From: Octopus sinensis
Lineage: Eukaryota
Reading direction: 5' to 3'
Assembly: GCF_006345805.1 (NCBI RefSeq)
Contig: NC_043000.1
Location: 69,502,001-69,566,000, forward strand
DNA length: 64,000 nucleotides
Below, in pieces: positions 24,965-37,879 of this stretch. How positions within the stretch are numbered: position 1 is the stretch's first letter; each line of letters begins with the position of its first letter. Made by a program: the position numbers and the translations under genes. The notes under the pieces were generated by a model that searched no databases, had not been told where the DNA came from, and saw only the letters and a program-made list of their open reading frames with translations.

Positions 24965-25442
24965 AGTGAGAGAGCAGTGCATGCCATCAAAGTGACACTG
25001 GGGTAAAATATACGAAGCCCAATATACCCATCATGACTACCCGTCTGATAAGGGTACACCAGGAACATGCATCACAACCGTATGTGCGCGACATGGTGAT
25101 CTCATATCAAGATAAACAGCACATGACCTTGCAGGTGGGGCCCAGTTAGAATTTTCTTCAGGTTGAGTAGCCCATCCCGCTCAAAAGGTCCCTGAATAAG
25201 GGTTGTTTAAGGATGTTGAAAGAACCACTCATGTTTCCAGAGGTGAATTATTCAAACCCCAAAGAATCCCTCTCAACACATGGCTATGATGCTCCCCCAC
25301 TACTTCTGCTCGTGATCAGAGATGCACATATCGTCAACCACTGAGGGACATGCTCAACTGGTTAAGGTCAAGCAACTGACAAGCAAATCTGTGGTATTGA
25401 GCAGAATATTTGCTGTAGCCCATCTTTTATACCAAGACAAAA
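24965..25442. repeat. Unclassified ~480-bp GC-richer segment bounded by (TTA)n on both sides, probable interspersed repeat
   Basis: Composition shift and microsatellite boundaries; no protein motif recognised. Confidence 0.45.
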
Positions 25443-25444
25443 CA

Positions 25445-25514
<70 letters not shown>

Positions 25515-25519
<5 letters not shown>

Positions 25520-27272
25520 TAGTTTTATCATTTTTTTAGCGTGCTTTCACTTCACTACCGAGCGCAGCTCTGTATGCCTTGGGTATGTGCTGTGATTTGT
25601 TGTGATGCTCTGATGGTTATTGTATGGAAAGTGTTCTGCGTAGGATGTGTGCAGTGCCTAGTTGTGCAATTTTCTGTATGTTATATGTGTTTGTAAGTCC
25701 TGGTGTTTTTGTTATGTATTTGTCTGAATATTTTTTTATCATGCCTAATGCACCTACTATGATAGGAATTGTTTCTGTTTTTAGATTCCACATTCAGGTT
25801 ACCTCCATTTCCAGGTCTTTGTATTTTGAAAGTTTCTCCATTTCTTTTAGAGACACGTTGTCATCTGCCGGTATTGATACATCAATTAGAAAGCATTTTT
25901 TTCCTTCATGATCTCTGACAACTATATCTGGTCTGTTGGCCTTAATTTCTCTATCTGTGTGTATCGGCATATCCCAGAGTATGGTTGCTTTCTCGTTTTC
26001 TGTGACCTTTTCTGGTGTGTGCCTATACCAACTTTTTTCTGTTGTTATTCCATAATGTTGGCATAGCTTCCAGTGTATGTAGGTTCCAACTCTGTCATGT
26101 CTGTGAATATATTCCTTCTTATCCAGGACTGGGCAGCCAGAGATAATATGATTTATTGTTTCTTGTCCATCTCCACATATTCTGCAGTTACTTGTTATAT
26201 TTCTTTTCATTACATGTTTTTGGTAATTTGTGGTGGAGAGGCTTTGGTCTTGTGCTGCAATTAAAAATCCCTCTGTCTCTGCTTTGAGTCCTGAGCTTCT
26301 CAACCATTGCTGGGATTTTTCTTTGTCTATTTCTTTTGCATTTATTTTAATCCAGTATTTACCGCGGAGAGGTTTTCTTGCCATCGTTTTATCACGGTTC
26401 TTTGCTGTTCTAGTTTTAGTTTGGATTCATTTGTTTTATAGCTTTTGTTGTTTCTTCTTCTTTCTTCTTTCTTCTTCTTCTCTTCTTCTTCTTCTTCTTC
26501 TTCTTCTCTTCTTCTTCTTCTTTCTTCTTCTTCTTCTTCTCTTCTTCTTCTTCTTCTTCTTCTTTCTTTTCTTCTTCTTCTTCTTCTTCTTCTTCTTCTT
26601 CTTCTTCTTCTTCTTCTTCTTCTTCTTTAATTTTGTTAGGTGGTATGATTTCTTGTTTGTATTTGTCAGCTTCCTTAAATACTGAGAACAGTTTTTGTTT
26701 TGCTCGTGTTTTGCCGCTATTTGTATCAGTTTTCCTTCCTTCTGAAGTAGTATTTTTTGCAGTCCTATGGTGGTTATTTTATAGTAGTTTTCCAGCTGCA
26801 TAAGGCCTCTACCACCTTCTATACGTTGTATATATAGTCTTTCTATGTCAGATTTTGGGTGATGCATCCTAGACCCTGTCATTATTTTCTTGTTTTCCTA
26901 TCTATTTTGTCACTTCATTTAGTGTCCAGTTAAGGATATTGTAGCTGTAACTTATAACTGGGACAGCTAAAGTGTTAATACCTATTATCTTGTTTTAGCA
27001 TTGAGCTCTTTTTAGTATTGATCTAACTCGTCTATAATATTCTTTTTTTATTTTTCTCTTCATTTGTGTGTGTTGTGGTCTTATCTAGTTCATGGATTCC
27101 TAAGTATTTGTAAGTTTGGCTTTGGTCTAATTCTTTTATTTCATTGGTTTTATCTAGTGTGATGTTGCTACTCTTAACTAGTTTTCCTCTTTTCATGGTT
27201 ACTTTGGCGCATTTTTCTAATCCAAATTTCATATCTATTTCTTTGGTAAATCCATGAAGTGTCTTTAATAGT
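25515..27272 (-). mobile_element. R4/Dong family A, second copy (RT end to 3' UTR)
   Basis: Closely similar to 5575-7380; 196-aa ORF with CCHC and RPDIVVRD..CFLIDVSIP; (TAA)n at both ends. Confidence 0.95.
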
Positions 27273-27273
27273 G

Positions 27274-27336
<63 letters not shown>

Positions 27337-27338
<2 letters not shown>

Positions 27339-27545
27339 GGCGGTGGGCTGGCAGAATAGTATGCCGGACGAAATGCTTAGTGATATTTTGTCTGTCACCA
27401 CGCTTTGAGTTGAAAATCATCCGAGGTAGACTTTGCCTTTCATTCTTTCGGGGCCGATAAATTATCATTTGAGTACTGGGGTTGATGTGATCGACTATCG
27501 GCTTCCCCACAAATTCCAGGCTTTGTGCCTATAGTAGAAAGGATT
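27337..27545 (+). mobile_element. SINE family 1
   Basis: aaggcggtgggctggcagaatag..ttcggggccgataa. Confidence 0.85.
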
Positions 27546-27704
27546 CTTATTATCATTTTTGTTGTTGTTGTTGTTGTTGATGTTATTATTATTACTTTTA
27601 TTATATTTTATTTCATCTAGTTTCAGCTCACGAGCTGTGGCCATGCTGGGGCACCGCCATTTGGTGTTGCTACATGACTTTACTTTACGAATGCTTTTTA
27701 GCAA

Positions 27705-28010
27705 CTGCTATTTGGTGCATGAGAGAGTTCGATGCAGCTGCCCTCATCTGCATCTCCTGCCGTGAAGTTGGTTCATCTGGGACACCTGACAGGGAGAGAT
27801 CCAGTTTATTTTAAAGACATCTGCATCCACCCCATGCAGGTCTCTCAGGTTCTTCGGGAGGATATTGAAGAGCTATGGGCCTCTGAAGCCCAGGCTATCA
27901 CAGTATCTTGTCCTACATCTTGATGGCAAATTTGGAGTTCTTGGCACCATGCATTGGCGCCCAGTTCTAGCATTTATGTAACTCTCGATGCCAAAGTTTG
28001 GGACAAGTCC
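27705..28010 (-). mobile_element. CR1/L2-like LINE ORF2 C-terminal fragment
   Basis: GLVPNFGIESY..RGP*LFNILPKNLRDL..VPDEPTS..RAAASNSL. Confidence 0.75.
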
Positions 28011-28038
28011 TTTATTATTATTATTATTATTATCATTA

Positions 28039-28070
<32 letters not shown>

Positions 28071-28171
28071 TTATTATTATTATTATTATTTTATTATTAT
28101 TATTATTATTATTATTAATCATTATTATGATTATTAATAGATAATACAAAGACCGCGATGCGTTTTATTGG

Positions 28172-28214
28172 TTAAACAATATTTCGGCAGTTAGCATGTC
28201 TTTGTCGAGTTCAA
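28172..28214 (-). ncRNA. Hammerhead-like fold with U3-A8 core (helix II damaged)
   Basis: ttgaac|TCGACAA|a|gacat-gctaa-ctgcc|GAA|atat|t|gtttaa. Confidence 0.5.
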
Positions 28215-30840
28215 AATGAAAAGAAATAAAAATTAAAAATTGTTGAAATTCAAATCCAAAATATGAACGAGAGCAACCAGCGTCCCAACGTTGATAGAAT
28301 AACATCATTAGTTTTCAAATTCCAAGTATACAACTGACAATAAGAAAAAGAAAGAAAAAGAGAAAAAAGAAAAGGAAAAAGAAGAATATTTAAACAGTTT
28401 TGTGTAAATATGATGAAGTTCTCCTGTAATTTTATTCATTGCTCCAGGGACTGATATCACTAACCCACAAACATATTTCTCCTCATGCATTTTGAGTACT
28501 GAAAGTGTAGCAAGTTCAGAATATTTTCTGAGGATATTCTGAGAATTTTCAAGTCCTTTTCAAAATTGTAGCCATTTGATAAAAAATGTTCGGCAAATGT
28601 TCGGCAAAATGTCGAGCTACTGTTATTGTGCTTGATGTCATATCTGTGCTCATTGAAACTTTTGTGTAATTGTTCCGTTGTACAACCAACATACATGAAA
28701 TTATGTTCGGTGCATTCTACTCCGTGCACCAAATGGGAATCTCTACACGTTCTACCTTGCGTGTAAATCATAACATTCCTGTTATGATTCCTGTTGAAAT
28801 CACTTGACTCATGTTGTTGCACAATGAATAGGGATTACCTCATTTGAGGTTGTTTTTCAAAGTACAGCGTGTAGGAACTCCAACGCTAGTTTTCTTGGAA
28901 TCAGAAGTAGAGGTTAATAGTTCTCTTATATCTTTATTCTGTCTAAAGGCTACAATAGGCGGCTGAAAAAATATTTGTCTGAAACAAGGACATTTTCCAC
29001 AACGTGCTGGTAACTGTCATGAAACACTTTTGTAATGCCAGCGAAATTTCGGTGCCAGTTAATCACAAAAGGAATTCTGTCAGATGCTGTACTTCGTTTA
29101 CTAAAATTATTCGCGAAAGTTTGACTTTCTTTGCTAATCTTAGCATTTGCCATTTCCTTTAATTATGATTCACTGTAACCGAGTTTGGCATATTGAAGTT
29201 CAAAAGCATTTGCATGTTTTCAGTAACCCCTATGTCAGTACAAATCCATTTTATCCTCGAAAATTGGGATTTCGGATTTGACCGAGCGGCAGTGGAGGTA
29301 AATGTGGGATGACATGGGCTAGCAAAATAACCCTGTAACTATTCTGCCTCCAGAAAACTTGTGTCCAAAAATTCAACGCTAGTTTTCAAAAACCAGACGT
29401 AAATTTTATGTCGGACTTAAAGCCATAGGTTTTAGCATAACAGTCACAGAAATGCAATTAAATGTAGAAAAGTCAATTAAACTATCGTGTGACCTTCCCC
29501 AAACTGAAAAAGACGTTATCAATGAACCGTAACCAGAGTATTGGTCCATGACCATTTAGGGATTTGAATGTCTTCAGTAACTGTGTCTCGAATTTCGTCA
29601 TAAAAACAGCGAAATCAACTGCCATGGGGGTGCCCATGATGCAACCCCTCGTCTAGTGGTACAAGTTTGTCCAAATTTCATCGTGTTACTTTGTAACACA
29701 AACCTCAATAGCCTACAGAGAAAATTAGATGCAATACATTTGTTTGACCGTTTTTCGAAGGCATTCATGCATATTTCTACTCCTTCATCGGTGGTAAATA
29801 TTAGGATATAAGAAAGAAACATCCATGGTTACCAAAAAACAGTTTTCTATATTACTTCGGTGCTTAAAAAATTGTTGATTTTAGACACAAAATCAAAAGT
29901 ATTCCGAATATAGGAACTTGATCTTTTTGCGACAGGGAGTAGAAAGCCACCCAGCCACTGCAAATTGGGCGCATTAGAAGAAATCTTTCGAATTTTGAGG
30001 GTATTTCAGAGAGACCATGAAATACAGGTGTTCTTCTTTTGACGTCAAATCCTAGATTCACCCTATTAATGAAATAATTTTCCTTCATTTCAAGAAATAT
30101 TTTGTGAAGTTCCTCTCTGTAATTGTGGTTTAGATCGACAAGTAATTCTTTATATGAAGTTTTGTCACTTAAACATCTTCACAAGCTGAAATATACTCAC
30201 TTTTGCCCATAATTACAATGGCGCTTCCCTTATCCAGCATGAGTCAAGTGAATTCTATCAGGAATCATAACAGAAATGTTATGATTTACACGCAAGGTGA
30301 GACGTGTAGAGATTCCCATTTGGTGTACGCAGCAGAATGCACCAAACACAACTTCATGTATGTTGGTTGTACAACAGAACGATTAAACATAATATTCAAT
30401 GGGCACAGATATGACGTCAGGCACAACAACAGTAGCTTGACAGAACTTGCCGAATATTTTGCATCAAACAGCTGCAATTCTGAAAATGACTTGAAAGTGC
30501 ATATTCTCAGAAAATATTCTGAATCTGCTACGCTTTCAGTACTCAAAATGCATGAGGAGAAATATGTTTGTTGATTATTAACATCATGCCCTGGAACAAT
30601 GAATAAAATTACAGGAGAATTTCATCATATTTACACAAAACTGTTTGATTAAATATTTTTCTTTTTCCTTTTCTTTCGTAGCTTTTCTTTTTCTCTTTAT
30701 TCTTTCTTTTTGTTTTGCCCAGTTGTAAACTCGAAATCTGAAAACTGATGATGTCATTCTATTAACGTGGGGACGCTGATTGCTCTCGTTCATATTTTGG
30801 ATTTGAATTTCAACAATTCTGAATTTTATCACTTTTCTTT

Positions 30841-30880
30841 TTGAACTCGACAAAGACAGGCAAGCTGTCGAAATATTCAA
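30841..30880 (+). ncRNA. Hammerhead-like fold with U3-A8 core (helix I 3' strand partly deleted)
   Basis: ttgaac|TCGACAA|a|gacag-gcaag-ctgtc|GAA|atat|tcaa. Confidence 0.5.
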
Positions 30881-30996
30881 CCAATAAAATATGTATTGCA
30901 ATCGTATCGCGTTCTTCATATTGTCTATATGCCTTTATAAAGAGTTACGTCAATCCTTTTAAAATATTATTATTATTGTTATTATTATTATTATTC

Positions 30997-31677
30997 TATG
31001 TTTGACTTTTCCTTTATATTTGTACAAGTTGGGTCCAAGTCTCACCCAGAGACCTCAAGAGACAACAGGTTGGAAGTTCATGTTGTTGTTATGCCTAGTG
31101 TGTCATATATATATATATATTTGGTGTTGTACTAGTGAATGTCTAAAAAATCCCCGAAAATTATGTTTGTTTTAAACCCTGAGATTACATAGGAAGTATT
31201 TTGCGTAGGATATGAGCAGTTCCCATGAGCACTATCTTTTGAATTTCTGCCATTTTGGGGTTTCCTGGTATCTGAGTTAGGTAGCAATCAGCCCCTTTCG
31301 CTATCATTCCCAGGGCACCTATGGCAACAGGTATTGTTTTAATCTTCAGGTTCCACATTTTGCTGATTTCTATTTCAAGATCTTTATATTTGCTCAGTTT
31401 TTGGTAGGTCTTGACAGATACGTTTATATCGATTGGGACAGTCATATCAATGAGGAAGCATGTTCTTTGTCTGAAGTCTTTCAATATGATGTCTGGCCTA
31501 TTTGCATCTATCTTTCTGTCAGTTTGAATGGTGAAGTTCCAGAGGAGTGAGATGTGGTAATTTTCAAGCACTGAAGGTCCTTTGTGTTCCCACCAGTTTT
31601 TTTCATGGGGCAAATCCAGGTTTTTGCAAATTACCCAGTGAATATATTGTGCAGCTATATCATGCCTGTTGAGATAC

Positions 31678-31678
<1 letters not shown>
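30997..31678 (-). mobile_element. R4/Dong family C 3' fragment
   Basis: YLNRHDIAAQYIHW...NRPDIILKD..CFLIDMTVP...IQKIVLMGTAHILRKILPM*; (TAA)n both sides. Confidence 0.9.
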
Positions 31679-31762
<84 letters not shown>

Positions 31763-31874
31763 CATCATCATCATCATCATTTTTATTATTATTATTATTA
31801 TTATTATATTATTATTATTATTATTATTAGTAATATCATCATCATCATCATCATCATCATCATGATCATCATCA

Positions 31875-31934
<60 letters not shown>

Positions 31935-31939
31935 GTAAT

Positions 31940-31980
<41 letters not shown>

Positions 31981-32007
31981 TATCATATTATTATTATTAT
32001 TATTATT
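31679..32007. repeat. Compound (TTA)/(TCA) microsatellite array
   Basis: Direct reading. Confidence 0.95.
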
Positions 32008-34143
32008 GTCAGTTACTTTTAATCTGCATGTTTGATGAAATCCCTTGCCGGGGCACACCCAGCGCCCTAGGGCAAGTGAAGGTTAAGAGTTGTTGAAATA
32101 TAGCTGAAAGCTTGGGGAGGGGAAGTAGAGAAATATCTCCATGTAATACAAACACAAACATTTACATTGATAGGGTTTTTCTAAGGATGTGGGCAGTACT
32201 TGTTAGCACAATCTTCTGGATTTCCTTGAGACATGGTTCTCCAGGGATATTGTCTAGGTGTTTCTGACATCCCTTTTTTATCATACCTAGGGCACCTACA
32301 ATAACAGGAACAGTTTTTGTTTTAAGATTCCACATCTTTTGTATTTCGATTTCCAGGTCCTTATATTTACTAAGTTTGTCAAATTCCTTTACAGATACAT
32401 TTTTATCAGTGGGGACGCTTACCTCTATTAGTCTGCAGGTATTTTCTTCCCCGTCTTTAACAATTATGTCTGGTCGATTAGCCTTGATCGTTCTGTCAGT
32501 GTTGACTGGAAAATCCCAGAGGATGGTGACATCTTTACCTTCAACAACTGGCTAAGAATGGTGTTCATACCAGTTAGCAGGAGTGCCGAATTTGTAGTGT
32601 TTACATATCTTCCAATGTATATACTGTCCTACCCTATCGTGGCGATTTTTGTATTCGTTTGGTGTCAGCACAGGACATCCCGAAACGAGATGGTCTATTG
32701 TTTCGTCAAATGTGTCGCAGAATCTGGATTTAGGGTCAGTACTATTTCTGAGAACGTTAGCCTGGTAATTTCTGGTAAACAAACTTTGATCTTGTGCTGC
32801 CAGTATGAAGCCTTCAGTCTCTACTTTCAATCCAGAGCTCTTCAGCCACTGATGGGTTGTTGCTTGGTCTACATCAGCACTTTGGCTTCGGAGAATATAT
32901 TGTCCATGCAGGGGCTTCTGGCTCCACCGCCTCTCAATTTGATTCTGCCCGTTCTTTTTTGCAGTCTGCTTGATTCGCTTTGCTTGCTTGGTAGCAGTGG
33001 TTTCCGGCTCTTCATCTGATTCAAGGTTAATGTCTAGTTCCCTTTCGAACTTATAAGCTTCCTTGACAATAGAATGCAGCTTTTTGCTGCTTTCGTGTTC
33101 GCACACAAGTCGCAGCATCCAGTCTTTTGTACTAGATAGGTACCTGTTCATTCCTACAGTAGAGGTCTTATAGCACAGCTCTAATTGCATCATTCCTCTC
33201 CCCCCGCTGCTTCTAGGTAGGTACAGGCGGTATACATCTGCCTTAGGGTGGTGCATGCTCTTAGATGTCAGTAATTTTCTTGTCTTCCTGTCCAAGCGTT
33301 GGAGTTCCGTAAGGTTCCAGTTAATGATGTTAAAACTGTACTGGACTACTGGAAGTGCCAGGGTGTTAATGGCCTCAATGCAATTTTTGGAGTTGAGTTC
33401 AGTCTTCAGTACAAGCCTTATTCTCCTATAGTATTCCTTTCTTATTTTTCCTATATAGTAGCATGATGTATACCATCTCCTTCGTTGATTCCTAGGTATT
33501 TGTAACTTTCTTGTGGGTCAAGTTCCTTGATGGTAGTGTCAATATCTAATTTAACAGAAGCTGTTTGCCTGAGCTTGCCTCTTACAAAAGTTGCTTTAGC
33601 ACACTTATCAAGGCCAAAATCCATTCCGATATCATTGCTAAACTCTTTAACAGTTGTTAGCAGCGCTTCTAGCTCTTGGTCATTCCTGGCAAACAGCTTT
33701 AGGTCGTCCATATAGAAAAGGTGGTTTATTGACTTACTAAAAACTTTGTACCCATATCTGGTACTATCCAATTCGTTTGAGAGTGGGATCAGTGCCATGC
33801 AAAAAAGTAATAGAGAGAGAGAGTCAGCTTGAAAGATGCCTCGTTTGATGTTGATGCTGTTGGACTGGCTCATTCCATTACTATGGCTTAGAAAGAGACG
33901 TGTGTTCCACATGGTCATGCTATTCTGTAAGAATTTTGAGACGACAGGAGATATCTTGTATATCTCAAGGGCCTTGAGTATCCATTTATGTGGGACACTG
34001 TCATACGCTTTCCTGTAGTCTATCCATGCCATACTCAGGTTTTTGTGTTTGCTCCGGCAATTCTCTACAATCATTGTTTATGAGCAATTGGTCTTTGCAC
34101 CCATAAGAGTTTCTTTTACAACCTTTTTGAGCTTGTGGAAGGA
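32008..34143 (-). mobile_element. R4/Dong family B, 5'-truncated
   Basis: ORFs of 207 and 247 aa: MAWIDYRKAYDSVPH, HLFYMDDLKL, HHPKADVYRL, FCDTFDETIDHLVSGC, RPDIIVKD. Confidence 0.95.
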
Positions 34144-34231
34144 TATTATTATTATTTATTATTATTATTATTATTATTAATATTATTATTATTATATATT
34201 ATTATATTATTATTATTATTATTATTATTAA

Positions 34232-34284
<53 letters not shown>

Positions 34285-34329
34285 TATTATTATTATTATT
34301 ATCATATTATTATCATCATCATCATCATC

Positions 34330-34361
<32 letters not shown>

Positions 34362-34526
34362 CATTATTATTATTATTATTATTTTTAGTATTATTATTTT
34401 CATTATTATTATCTTATGATCATCATCATCATCATCATCATCAACATCATCATCATCATCATCATCAATCTCATCATCACATCATTATTATTATTATTAT
34501 TATTATTATCATCATCATCATCATCA

Positions 34527-34560
<34 letters not shown>

Positions 34561-34613
34561 GATGATGCTGATCATCATCATCATCATCATCATCATTATT
34601 ATTATCATTATTG

Positions 34614-34662
<49 letters not shown>

Positions 34663-34681
34663 AATAATAATAATAATAATA

Positions 34682-34724
<43 letters not shown>
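34144..34724. repeat. ~580-bp compound (TTA)/(TCA)/(TAA) microsatellite array
   Basis: Direct reading. Confidence 0.95.
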
Positions 34725-34729
<5 letters not shown>

Positions 34730-36445
34730 TAGTTTTATTTTTATAGCGTGCTTTCACTTCACTACCGAGCACAGCTCTGTGTGCCTTGGGTATGTGCTGT
34801 GATTTGTTGTGATGCTCTGATGGTTATTGTATGGAAAGTGTTCTGCGTAGGATGTGTGCAGTGCCTAGTAGTGCAATTTTCTGTATGTTATATGTGTTTG
34901 TAAGTCCTGGTGTTTTTGTTATGTATTTGTCTGAATATTTTTTTATCATGCCTAATGCACCTACTATGATAGGAATTGTTTCTGTTTTTAGATTCCACAT
35001 TCTATTTACCTCTATTTCCAGGTCTTTGTATTTTGAGAGTTTCTCCATTTCTTTTAGAGACACGTTGTCATCAGCCGGTATTGATACATCAATTAGAAAG
35101 CATTATTTTTCTTCATGATCTCTGACAACTATATCTGGTCTGTTGGCCTTAATTTCTCTATCTGTGTGTATCGGCATATCCCAGAGTATGGTTGCTTTCT
35201 CATTTTCTGTGACCTTTTCTGGTGTGTGCCTATACCTTCTTTTTTCTGTTGTTATTCCATAATGTTGGCATAGCTTCGACAGGTCTTTTCTAATTTTTTT
35301 TACTTTGCTTTGGATGTTATTTATCCACAGGGTTTGTTTGGGTGGTGGTACTCCTGTTTGGGCGGGTTTGGGTGAGTATCCAGCTTCTTTTGTGGCTGCA
35401 GTGGCTGCTGCGTATATTAGGTTATTTAGCTCAGTGATATCACTTTTTTTTTATTCAGTGGCTATCAGTTCAGTGACGGCTAGGTTTATGCTGTTTATAA
35501 TAGGTGTTGTTATTTTGTTTATTTTGATTCTTGGGAGGTATGGTCGGTGGTCCATTTTGAGCTCTGTGGTTTTCAGTTCTCTGATCATTTTATTTTTTAT
35601 ATTATCATAATCATTAGGCTCCCCTTCGTGTTTGTTGGGAATGTTGCGTTTGTCTTCGTGTTTTACAGTTTCAGTGTTTATATTATTGGGCATTGTTGTG
35701 TGGCTTCTATCTACATTTTCCTGGTGTATGTTTTCTTTTAGGTGTTCTATTTCTATTTCTGATATTTTTTTTGTGTTGAGAATGTATCTTCGTACGTTAG
35801 CTAATTTATTAGGGTTCATTGCTGTATCCAAGACTATATCTCTATTATTTTCCTTCCATATTTTATATGTATGTGTTGTTGTATTTTCATTTTTTGGGTA
35901 GAGTACTGCTGTGAAGTATGCGTGTAAGATAGAAATGTATTCCTCACGTGTCCATTTACGTCTTTTGGTTTTATTTGCGGGACATGAGGTACAACGTCCG
36001 GCCCATTATTTTGACGGTCGTCATTTTCGTAGGGTACCGGTCCGTTTATTTCTGTTGTCACATTATTTCGCACGTGTAGTTTTTCGTACATTTTTTGTTG
36101 TAAGTTTAATGTACGTACCGCTCGATTGTTATTCTTGGGTTGAATAGTATCGGTGGCATTTAATTTCTTCGTAGTTCCTTTGTACATGGTGTTTGGGGTC
36201 GGAGATGATCGTGATGTTCCACGCATGCTTACATGTGTTGCGTTAGAGGCGGAGATGATATCGAGTCAAAATACATCATTTCGTTTCGAAAATAGTAACA
36301 AATTTCAATTAGTATTACTTACTCGGATACAGTCCAATTCTTTGTTAGAAAAACTTTGGCTCCATAGGATGTCCTTGTTTTCGATGTTTGTGGATAGATT
36401 TCGGAGCTCTGAATTTTCCTTCTTACATCTTAAACGTCCCCGGTG
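34725..36445 (-). mobile_element. R4/Dong family A internally deleted derivative retaining 5' and 3' ends
   Basis: N-terminal ORF (NPNKLANVRRYIL..SEIEIE; TELNNLIYAAA; WINNIQSKVKKIRKDL) fused at ~35280 to KLCQHYGIT..RLE; no RT. Confidence 0.85.
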
Positions 36446-36749
<304 letters not shown>

Positions 36750-36759
36750 AATATGCTGA

Positions 36760-37010
36760 CCGGTATTTCTTCTGACTACGTTCTGAGTTCAAATTCTGTT
36801 AAGACCGATCGTGCCTTTTATTTTTGTACCAGTTGAACACTGAGGTTGATGTAATCTACTAGACTCCTCCCCAAAAATGTCAGGCCTTGTACCTATAATC
36901 CTTTCGCTAACAATAAAATAAGTACCAGTTGAGCAATAGCGTTGATGTAATTGTCTAACTCACCCATTAAAATTGCTGGCCTTGTGCTAACTTAGAAAGA
37001 TTATTATAAT
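36760..37010 (+). mobile_element. SINE family 1, rearranged with a duplicated 3' half
   Basis: ttctgagttcaaattc..gtaccagttgaacactg and a second aaataagtaccagttgagc. Confidence 0.7.
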
Positions 37011-37879
37011 TTTGTATTAGCAAGGCAACCTCAGATAGCTCTTAAGTTTGTTTTCGTTTGGCAGTTCTAAAATACCTTTTTGTTGAAAGTATTGTCCTGT
37101 TGTGTGCTAGACCGGCTGGTGTCGTAGGGAACTGGACAGTTTCTCTTTTGTCTTTGACTCTTCAGGTGAATATTTCTTATCAATCCTACTTTCCTGATTT
37201 GTTTTCTCAGAGCTAAGAATGTCATTGGATGGTTACGGGTGGTGGTAGCGCAATATGGCAGTTATTTCATAATTCCGTCTTCAACAAACTGTGATAGACC
37301 CGTGCTACTTGATTCCAAGCGGATGTGTACAGCCTTCCGATAATACTTTGCTTACATTTCGAAAACAGCAGTTGTACAGAAATGGTAGTAGGATCTTGTG
37401 CGTACTTCGATGGCCTGCAGTAACTCACTGTGTAAAATACAGAGTGTTGTGAACGGCAACGGAAATGAAGGTGGCGTTAAGTGGTTCCACAACGAACAGA
37501 CACCTGCTATGAGTAGTCTGCCTTATGAGCATTAGTCATACATTCCATATTTGCAAGATGATTATTATCTGACGTTTACTGCATCTAGCAGCAAAAATGT
37601 TAAAATGCCCACTTCTGTAATCCGGGTAATGGTTACACAGCTGAAAAGAGAGGCGAACATAAAAAAAAACCATTGATAATTTCCAAGCCATTACTCCACT
37701 AAATGTAATGGTCAAGATTTTTGGCTAAGGTGCTAGAAAAGGGTGTGGTTGGAAAGCGCAGACGTGTGTAGTTCAGATAGGATCTATCAACAACAACCTC
37801 TACCTCATGCATTATATCATAGAAAGCCTATATAAATTTGTTGGCATCCTTTCTGTCTCGGGAGACAATGGAGTTGCGC

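Larger units (their letters stand above)
28150..30920 (-). mobile_element. Penelope-like element (RT then GIY-YIG on -) with an inverted GIY-YIG/3' UTR copy on +
   Basis: RT: MRPICSG, TTDEGVEIC, LLRFVLQSNTMKFG; GIY-YIG: HLVY..ECTKHNFMYVGCTT; arms ~28150-28830 and ~30240-30920 are inverted. Confidence 0.9.

Noticed and set aside
29750-29795. ccgatgaagg..ccttcgaaa hammerhead-like string on the minus strand
   Set aside because: Lies within PLE RT coding sequence (TDEG..AFEK); no helix I or III.
30745-30790. Second CTGATGA in the PLE 3' UTR
   Set aside because: No adjacent helix II/GAAA, and the other arm reads CTAATGA.
37100-37650. Possible piggyBac C-terminal remnant
   Set aside because: Only a vague KRNC.VP motif; no TTAA ends or catalytic motifs seen.
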